Part shown: in pieces, positions 29,102-36,171 of the stretch
How the letters are laid out: each line of letters opens with the position of its first letter
Position numbering within the stretch: the stretch's first letter is position 1
Assembly (NCBI GenBank): GCA_937132045.1
Contig: CAKZNX010000069.1
Location: 1 to 42,445, forward strand
DNA length: 42,445 nt
From: an uncultured bacterium
Lineage (GTDB): Bacteria; Armatimonadota; HRBIN16
Direction of reading: 5' to 3'
Notes under the pieces: model-generated
Told to the model about the DNA's origin: nothing
Database searches by the model: none
The model's input: the letters and a program-made list of their open reading frames with translations, nothing else
Program-made: the position numbers and the translations under genes

Positions 29102-31141
29102 CTACCGCGTCGCCTGCAGTCGTATTTGAGCGGCTCGCAGATTGACCTCTCGCATCCGGCGAAGCATCTCCCATTTGGGACGGTCGCAGAAATCCACCAG
29201 CCCGAAGGCGAAGTGCTCGCCGATTACCAGCATGTTGCCCCTGCCGGGACCGCGCCCTGTGAGTGGCTGGTCGCGATACTGGAACCACATCACCCCCACG
29301 CAGGCAGGATGACGTGCGGCGTCGGTCACCCAGCGACGATACAGTTCGCCCGATTCCGCCTCGTCCTTCGCCCAGGTGGGATATCTGCCGTAGGCACGTG
29401 CGCCGTCGTACCACGCGGGAAACGAGAACTCCCCGCACAGAACGGGCTTGTCGATGCGCTCGATGAGCCGTTTCATCCACTCGTCGGCGAAGTCGGGGGC
29501 GTAGCGGTCGTAGCCCAGCACGTCGCAATGGCGTGCACTCAGCGTCCAGTCTTCTTCGTTTTCCCACCAGCCCGGCACGATCCAGAAGCCGAAGTACAGA
29601 TGGTTGGGGTCGAGCTCCTTGACCGTGCGGTAGACCCAGCTGTAGTAGCGTTCGGCATAGTAGCGACGGAGTGGTTCGATATCCTCGTCGCGAGGCGTAA
29701 GAGTCGCGCTATACAGGGCGCTTCGGTCACGCGCGTCCACCCTCCACGCTCGCGCCATTTCGGAAATCTGGTTTCTGTACAGGTTTTCCAATGCATAGTC
29801 TATCAGGGCGCGTTTGCCGGCGGGCGCACCCGGCAGGCGAAGTATCTGTGCAATCTCGTCGCGAGTGAAAATCTCGTCATACTCGTTGCCGAGCGACCAT
29901 CCCAGCACCCAGGGGCTGTTGCGGAACGGCTCGATTTGCCGGCGCAGGTGTTCACGCAGCTGTGCCTGTACCGCCGGGTCAAAGATGTCGGGGTGGCGTA
30001 CCAGGTTGGGGATTTCCCATCGTCCGAGCACCGGCGCGAAGGGAAAGCCGTCAATCCGGTCCCATTTGCCGCCGCCAGAAAACCCCCATGTAAGCAACCT
30101 TTGCTTTGCAAGTTGTATACTTTGTGCCTTCCAGTCCTCGCCGAAGCGGCGCATCAGGTTCACTGCGTGCAGGCACACGTAGTCGGTATTGGCACGTTCG
30201 CCCCACACGTCCTTGCGCCATACCTCAGCGGTCCTACCCTCTCTGGGGGGAAGCCACTCGAACACGGCTTCGCGTTCCGAGACAGGGGTCATTTCCCATG
30301 TCAATGCGGGCACGGAGCATACGCCCACGTAGAAACACGGGTTGCCCTCCGGGGTGATGAGCCACCAGTTTCTTCCCCTGCGCACCACGCGGTAGAAACC
30401 GGTAGCCTGCTCGCGCCAGCCTGCCTTCAGGTAGCCACCGTAGGGGTCAAAGTCGCGCGGAAGCCCCCACTGCGCCAGAGTGCGTTTCTCCTCCTCGAGA
30501 CTGCGTCGCAGGTCGTCGTCGGTTTGCACCCTGTTCGGGGAGCGTACATAGCGACATTGCCCGAAGCGGTCGATGTAGGGCTGGTAGCGCTTCCAGTCGG
30601 GCATGGGCACCAAACGGAAATTAGCCTCGATGTTCAGGGGAAGGTCCACCGCGAATGGAGTCCGCCGGATGGGTTTGCCCCACAGGGTTTCTATATTGAA
30701 CATTCGCACAGGTTCGGGAATGTCTTCGCGCGTCTCCAGTGAGAACTCCTGCTGGCTTCGCCTGCCCATGGTGATGCTTACGCGGTGGCGAGTCGGGCGA
30801 TAGTTCGTCTGTCCGCTGGCGAATGAGGGCACAGTTGCCACTTCCAGGGAGCCTCCGTGAGGAGCAAACCTGCCCTCGCTCTTGCCCAGAAGCGTGTTGT
30901 TCAGCCACAGTTCCGCTCCCGATGCGGTGATGCGTGCCACGAGGCGATACGGCTTGTTCCACTCCCATTTCGGTGTGGCGACGATGAAACGCCACGAGTT
31001 CCCGTCGGCAACGCCCAGCGCAATCTTTAGCGTCTCCAGAGGGCATACAGGGTCAGGCGTCTCGTTCTCGAAGCTCAGGTAAAAGCCTTTTCTGCCCTGC
31101 CAGTCATGCTGGGAAGCGAAGTAGTAGCGGTGAGCAGCCAT
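29102..31141 (-). CDS. GH50 (beta-agarase-like) glycoside hydrolase with N-terminal beta-sandwich
   Basis: ATGFYRV..WWLITPEG, GWSLGNE, LCGEFSF, WFQYRDQPLTGR...FGLVD..D.P, resembling GH50 clan-A motifs. AAGGGAG SD before ATG 31141. Confidence 0.72.
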   Translation of the reverse strand: MAAHRYYFASQHDWQGRKGFYLSFENETPDPVCPLETLKIALGVADGNSWRFIVATPKWEWNKPYRLVARITASGAELWLNNTLLGKSEGRFAPHGGSLEVATVPSFASGQTNYRPTRHRVSITMGRRSQQEFSLETREDIPEPVRMFNIETLWGKPIRRTPFAVDLPLNIEANFRLVPMPDWKRYQPYIDRFGQCRYVRSPNRVQTDDDLRRSLEEEKRTLAQWGLPRDFDPYGGYLKAGWREQATGFYRVVRRGRNWWLITPEGNPCFYVGVCSVPALTWEMTPVSEREAVFEWLPPREGRTAEVWRKDVWGERANTDYVCLHAVNLMRRFGEDWKAQSIQLAKQRLLTWGFSGGGKWDRIDGFPFAPVLGRWEIPNLVRHPDIFDPAVQAQLREHLRRQIEPFRNSPWVLGWSLGNEYDEIFTRDEIAQILRLPGAPAGKRALIDYALENLYRNQISEMARAWRVDARDRSALYSATLTPRDEDIEPLRRYYAERYYSWVYRTVKELDPNHLYFGFWIVPGWWENEEDWTLSARHCDVLGYDRYAPDFADEWMKRLIERIDKPVLCGEFSFPAWYDGARAYGRYPTWAKDEAESGELYRRWVTDAARHPACVGVMWFQYRDQPLTGRGPGRGNMLVIGEHFAFGLVDFCDRPKWEMLRRMREVNLRAAQIRLQATR

Positions 31142-31201
31142 CTCCGTTCTCCCTTCAGGTAATTCTACGGGCTGAGTTAGATGCAGTCGCGTCGCTTTCC
31201 T

Positions 31202-31209
31202 GCCGATAA
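31202..31209 (+). promoter_or_regulatory. sigma28 (FliA) -10 element
   Basis: Perfect GCCGATAA, 23 nt before a gene leading into fliD-fliS. The -35 match is weak. Confidence 0.6.
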
Positions 31210-31232
31210 TAAGCGGTGAGGAGGTTGGTAGC

Positions 31233-31658
31233 ATGGGGTATCCGGTGCAGCGTATTACCATCACGGGCATCGACATAGACAGCGTGGAGAAAGATCCCTC
31301 GTTCGCCACAGCGTACGCCTTCACCATGCAATTGTCGGAGGCGCCCAACGAGGCGTGGACGCTCGCCTTCAGCGAGGAATGGAAAGCAATCATCGCCGCA
31401 CGCAAACTGCAGCTCGATGTCGTGGGCGACCGTCTTCGCTGTATTGTGTCGGAGGGCGATGACCTGCGCCGGGTGGTGCGGTTCGCTTACGAGTTCGTGG
31501 AGCGCATCAACCAGCGGGTTCCGCACTACTGCGCCCAGCTGGAGCAACGTGACCGGCGCGAGCAGGCGTACCGCCGCGAGGTGGAGGAGCATATCGCATA
31601 CCTGCGTGCACGCTTGCAGGCACTTGTTGAGGAGTTTGAGGGCAACAAGGCGGCGTAG
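31233..31658 (+). CDS. Hypothetical protein with C-terminal coiled coil, first gene of the fliD unit
   Basis: Strong GAGGAGG SD, plausible composition, no FlaG motif. Confidence 0.7.
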   Translation: MGYPVQRITITGIDIDSVEKDPSFATAYAFTMQLSEAPNEAWTLAFSEEWKAIIAARKLQLDVVGDRLRCIVSEGDDLRRVVRFAYEFVERINQRVPHYCAQLEQRDRREQAYRREVEEHIAYLRARLQALVEEFEGNKAA

Positions 31659-31692
31659 TGATGAAGCATAGCGCAACAAGGGAAAGGCAGGT

Positions 31693-33978
31693 GTGGGGAC
31701 GTTGAGCACGAGCGGTATCAACTTCTCTGGTCTCATCTCCGGCATGGACACCGAGGGGCTGATCCAGCAGATCATCAAGGTGGAGAGCCGGCGCAAGACC
31801 ATCTGGGCGACACAGCAGTCGCAGCTCACCCAGCGGCTTTCTGGACTGCAGGCGCTTCAGGCGCAGTTGCTGGGGTTTCAGTCCGCCATTTCTCAGGTAA
31901 CCATTCAGTCTGCGTTCAAAGCGGTCAGCGCTACCAGCAGTGCCGAGAGCGTGGCTCGCGTGAGCGTCTCCACCGATGCGGTACCAGGAACCTACCTGCT
32001 GGAGGTGTCGCAGCTCGCCACCAACCACAAGATTGCCACCACCGCCCGCACCTCCGCCGATGACGCACTGGGGTTAGACGGTTCGTTTATCGTCAACGGC
32101 AAGCAGGTGACCGTCGTTGCCAGCGACAACCTGCGCGACATCGCCGCCCGTATCAACAACGCCAAGGCAGGCGTCACCGCGTCGGTGCTGAGCGCGAGCA
32201 GTGGTGAGCATTATCTCGTGCTGACGGCGCACAACACCGGTAAAGCGAACGCCATCAGCCTGAACGACCTGGGCTCCGGCAATGTTTTGCAGTCGCTGGG
32301 GCTGGTCAATACCACCACCACACTGAAGAACCCCATCACCAACGGCGCGCAGTCCGACAAATTCGCCGATACCAGCACCGCTATCGGCACGCTGATGACG
32401 CTGAGCAACGCGCCATCAGGTACGATACGGATCAACGGCGTGGATGTCGCTATCGACCTCGCAACCGACTCGCTGAACGCGATTGCCAGCAAGATCAACG
32501 ACGCTGGCGCCGGGGTCACCGCCTCAGTTGTCACAGTGAACGACAATGGCACCACCAGGTACCGACTGAGCATTACCGGTAGCAGTACACCTGCCTTCAC
32601 CGACGACCAGCACATTCTCGAGACACTGGGCATCCTGAAATCAGGCTACGGTAATGAGCTGGTGCAGGCAAAGGACGCACAGTTCAAGATTGACAACATG
32701 AGCCTCACCAGCAGCACCAACGTGTTGACCAACATCGTGCAGGGCGTTGCCATCACCCTGACGGACGCAGACGCTACCAGCCCCAAAAAGACTACCATCA
32801 CCATCACGCGCGATACCGGTAGCATTAAGAGCGCTATTGAGGGATTTGTGAAGGCGTACAACGACACCGTCGACCTGATCAAGAAGTACGACTACTTTGA
32901 CAAGGAAACCTACGACACCGGACCGCTGTTCGGCAACCCCACTGTCAACGCGCTAAAGTCGGAGCTGATGGGACTGCTGTCTGACACCGTCGCAGGTACC
33001 CCGTCAGATATGAGCATGCTGGCACAGGTGGGTATCACACTGGACCCATCACGCTCGGGCAAGCTGCTGCTGAAGAGCACCGAGCTGGAAGAGGCTCTGA
33101 ACAATCGGCTGGCGGACGTGGAGAGGATTTTCCGGGTGGTGGGTTCCACCAGCGACCCGCGCCTGACATACGTCATCGCGACCAGCAAGACGAAAGCCAC
33201 CGGCGTGCCGTTGACGGTGGAAATCACACAGGTGGCAACGCAAGCACGGGCGGTGGCAACAGTTGCGCAGACGCAAGCAAGCGCCACGGCAGAGCGCCTG
33301 ACCTTCAGCGGTGGAATATTCGGGAGCAATGAGTACAGCATCACCCTGAACGCAGGCAACACCATCGACGACACCATCGCTCAGATAAACTCGGATGCCA
33401 ATCTGGCGCGATACCTTGTGGCGTCCAAAGACGAGAACGGGCACCTGGTGTTGACCTCCAGGCAGTACGGCTCTCGCGCAGCGTTCAACGTGGTGAGCAA
33501 CCAGGAAGCTGCCGGTAACAACAGCGGTATCGGCACTACGCGCCTGGAAGTGCAGGGGCAGACCGTGGCTGGCACCATCAATGGCGAGCCAGCGACAGGC
33601 GATGGACAGTTCCTTACTGGCAACGCTGGAAACGCCACTACGGACGGCTTGCAGGTGCGAGTGACTGCCACCACGACAGGCATCATCGGCACCGTGACGG
33701 TCACACGGGGCATAGCAGACCAGGTGTTCCAGATGATCCAGCGGTTTACCGACTCGATTAACGGAGCACTGACGGATGAGACGAAGACCATCCAGCAGCA
33801 AATCGACGAGATCAAGGGGCGCATATCGGCGTTTGATGAAGCGATGCAGCGCAGGGCGGAGTTCTTGCGGGCGCAGTTCACCCGCATGGAGTCTGCTCTG
33901 AACAAGATGCGGAACGAATCGATGCGTTTAGCCGCCGTTTTGGGACAGGGCAATCTGTTCAGTAATCTGGGTGCTTAG
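31693..33978 (+). CDS. fliD: Flagellar filament cap protein FliD (long form)
   Basis: FSGLISGMDT N-terminus, GTYLLEVSQLA, repeated IN motifs, FVKAYN, QFTRMES C-terminus. Confidence 0.93.
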   Translation: MGTLSTSGINFSGLISGMDTEGLIQQIIKVESRRKTIWATQQSQLTQRLSGLQALQAQLLGFQSAISQVTIQSAFKAVSATSSAESVARVSVSTDAVPGTYLLEVSQLATNHKIATTARTSADDALGLDGSFIVNGKQVTVVASDNLRDIAARINNAKAGVTASVLSASSGEHYLVLTAHNTGKANAISLNDLGSGNVLQSLGLVNTTTTLKNPITNGAQSDKFADTSTAIGTLMTLSNAPSGTIRINGVDVAIDLATDSLNAIASKINDAGAGVTASVVTVNDNGTTRYRLSITGSSTPAFTDDQHILETLGILKSGYGNELVQAKDAQFKIDNMSLTSSTNVLTNIVQGVAITLTDADATSPKKTTITITRDTGSIKSAIEGFVKAYNDTVDLIKKYDYFDKETYDTGPLFGNPTVNALKSELMGLLSDTVAGTPSDMSMLAQVGITLDPSRSGKLLLKSTELEEALNNRLADVERIFRVVGSTSDPRLTYVIATSKTKATGVPLTVEITQVATQARAVATVAQTQASATAERLTFSGGIFGSNEYSITLNAGNTIDDTIAQINSDANLARYLVASKDENGHLVLTSRQYGSRAAFNVVSNQEAAGNNSGIGTTRLEVQGQTVAGTINGEPATGDGQFLTGNAGNATTDGLQVRVTATTTGIIGTVTVTRGIADQVFQMIQRFTDSINGALTDETKTIQQQIDEIKGRISAFDEAMQRRAEFLRAQFTRMESALNKMRNESMRLAAVLGQGNLFSNLGA

Positions 33979-33995
33979 GAGAGGACAGGAGTGGT

Positions 33996-34424
33996 ATGGC
34001 GCTGACAAGCCCGTATGACGTGTATCAGCGAATGCAGGTGGACACCGCGTCTCCTGCCAAGCTGGTGGTGATGTTGTATGATGGGGCGATCCGTTTTCTC
34101 AAGCAGGGTCAGGATGCCATGCAAAGGGGAGACAGGGAGAAACAGAATCACTATCTGGTGCGCGCCCAGCGCATCATCGCCGAGCTGACCAGTTCGCTGG
34201 ACGTGGAGGCAGGCGGGGAGATCGCGGTGAACCTGATGGCGCTGTATCAGTTCATGCACGAGCAGCTGGTGCTGGCGAACCTCGAGGACGACCTGCAGAA
34301 AGTGCAGAAGGTGCGCGAGATGCTGGAGAGCCTGCGTGAGGCGTGGGTGCAGGTGGAGGCGATGGCGCGGGAGGCGCTGGGACAGTCTGCCTCGTCGGGA
34401 GCCGAGGTACCACATGCAGCCTGA
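33996..34424 (+). CDS. fliS: Flagellin export chaperone FliS
   Basis: TASPAKLVVMLYDGAI, GGEIAVNL..LY, LREAW. Confidence 0.95.
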   Translation: MALTSPYDVYQRMQVDTASPAKLVVMLYDGAIRFLKQGQDAMQRGDREKQNHYLVRAQRIIAELTSSLDVEAGGEIAVNLMALYQFMHEQLVLANLEDDLQKVQKVREMLESLREAWVQVEAMAREALGQSASSGAEVPHAA

Positions 34425-34770
34425 CGCTTACTGGCAGAAGTGGCTGGTCACGCATGGCGAGCGGGTGCGCATCCTGCAGGCACTGCAGGAAGAGGCAATT
34501 GCCAGCGAGCAGTGGGATACGCTTCAGCAGTTGTTGCAGGAACAGGAGGAGCTGCTGCGGGATGTATGGCAAGCCGCTCCTCCCGACCTGCCCACTGACG
34601 TGCTTGCCTTCCTGCACGAGGTCAGACAGGAGAACATGCGGCTTCAGCAGAAGCTGGAGGCTCGGCTGAACGCGCTGCGCACGGAGATGGCTGAGGTAAA
34701 CCGGTCACGCAGCGCCCTGCAGTATTACACAGGCACCCCGTCCGGTAGCCTCGAGGACCGCGCGGCGTAA
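34414..34770 (+). CDS. FliT-like flagellar chaperone (helical)
   Basis: 118-aa helical protein directly after fliS, with an AI-x3-W-x2-L-x2-LL pattern and C-terminal Tyr. Confidence 0.55.
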   Translation: MQPDAYWQKWLVTHGERVRILQALQEEAIASEQWDTLQQLLQEQEELLRDVWQAAPPDLPTDVLAFLHEVRQENMRLQQKLEARLNALRTEMAEVNRSRSALQYYTGTPSGSLEDRAA

Positions 34771-34839
34771 GTTGCCGCAAGCAGGAAGCACCCCGCCCCC
34801 TACCGAAACATCTTCCACACGAATAGCAGGAGGTGGAGG

Positions 34840-35613
34840 ATGCCTGGTCTGGTAGAGGGCAGGAATGCTCTCGTGCTGGGTGTCGCCAGCGAGCGCAGTA
34901 TCGCGTGGGCAATCGCGCAGAGACTGGCTCAGGAAGGGGCGCACCTGGCTTTAACATATCAAAACGAACGGCTTGAGAAGAACGTCCGTCCCCTCGCTGA
35001 AACCGTCCCCGGAACGCTCGTGCTGCCCTGCGACGTATCCGACGATGAGCAGGTCGCTGCGCTGATACAGTCGCTGCAGGCGCAGTGCGGCAGGGTCGAC
35101 ATTCTGGTACACAGCGTCGCCTTTGCGAAGAAGGAGGAACTGTCCGGGCGATATGTGGACACCTCGCGCGAGGGTTTTCGCATTGCGATGGACGTGAGTG
35201 TGTACTCTCTGGTGGCGCTGTGTCGGGCGCTGGAGCCGCTCATGAGCGCGGGGGGAAGCGTGGTCACCCTGACCTACATCGGCAGCGAACGGGTGGTACC
35301 CAACTACAACGTGATGGGCGTTGCTAAGGCAGCGCTGGAGGCGAGTGTGCGTTATTTGGCGTCAGACCTGGGACCGCAGGGCATCCGGGTGAACGCGGTG
35401 TCGGCAGGTCCGATCAGCACACTGGCGGCGCGAGCCATCGCCGGCTTTACCACCATGCTGGGACGTGTGCGCGAAGTGGCTCCATTGCGCCGCAACACCG
35501 AAGCGGAGGAAGTCGCCGATGTGGCGCTGTTTCTGCTGAGCGATCTCGCCCGAGGCGTCACCGGCGAGGTGGTTTACGTGGATAGCGGCTACCACCTCAT
35601 GGGCATGGTGTAA
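34840..35613 (+). CDS. fabI: Enoyl-ACP reductase FabI
   Basis: GVASERSIAW, YNVMGVAKAALE, SAGPISTLA. Confidence 0.93.
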   Translation: MPGLVEGRNALVLGVASERSIAWAIAQRLAQEGAHLALTYQNERLEKNVRPLAETVPGTLVLPCDVSDDEQVAALIQSLQAQCGRVDILVHSVAFAKKEELSGRYVDTSREGFRIAMDVSVYSLVALCRALEPLMSAGGSVVTLTYIGSERVVPNYNVMGVAKAALEASVRYLASDLGPQGIRVNAVSAGPISTLAARAIAGFTTMLGRVREVAPLRRNTEAEEVADVALFLLSDLARGVTGEVVYVDSGYHLMGMV

Positions 35614-35636
35614 CACGATACAGCAGGGAGGTAGAG

Positions 35637-36029
35637 ATGAGAAGAGTAGTGCTGATTGCGCTGAGTGTGCTGTTCGGTGCGGTATGCATGGGATGGGTGC
35701 AGGGAGAGCCGCCCGCCGAGGTGACCGTTGGCGGGGAGCTGATCCTGCGCATCCGTTTCAGTGCGGGCGGAATGACTCCTCAGCAACGCGCAGATGCCAT
35801 CACCATGCGCCTGCGCACCATTCTGCAGGACCCCGACATCCAGCCTGCGGACGTGGTGGTCAAGCCCATCGCTGGCGGTGAGGCAGGTATCTACGTCAAA
35901 GACCAGCTACTCATCACCGTGGACAGACGCCATGCGGAGTTCCACAAGACCACGCCGCTGAAGCTGGGTGAAATCTGGGCGAAACACCTGCGCGAAGTGA
36001 TTCCGCAGGTGAATGTGAAGCCAAGGTAG
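35637..36029 (+). CDS. Small secreted hypothetical protein
   Basis: Signal peptide; LRIR..AGG.TPQQRA..I..RL motif; GGAGG SD. Confidence 0.65.
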   Translation: MRRVVLIALSVLFGAVCMGWVQGEPPAEVTVGGELILRIRFSAGGMTPQQRADAITMRLRTILQDPDIQPADVVVKPIAGGEAGIYVKDQLLITVDRRHAEFHKTTPLKLGEIWAKHLREVIPQVNVKPR

Positions 36030-36171
36030 CGGGCGCACTCGCAGAAGAGAACGTCGTTCCGAGCGGTAAGCGATGCTGCGATGGGTCGCCACCGCTCGGA
36101 GTGACCGGTGAATTGAGCCTGTGTTGTTGTTTCTGACACGCACGCATCGCAGGGGTTGTGTGGAGGGCGGA

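Noticed and set aside
29126-30742. 538-aa plus-strand ORF (similarly 4010-5323, 20367-21506, 38119-39336)
   Set aside because: Shadow ORFs opposite well-supported genes; no SD or motif support.
31142-31405. N-terminal extension of the GH50-like ORF overlapping the divergent gene
   Set aside because: Would overlap the sigma28 promoter and the 31233 gene; an SD-supported ATG exists at 31141.
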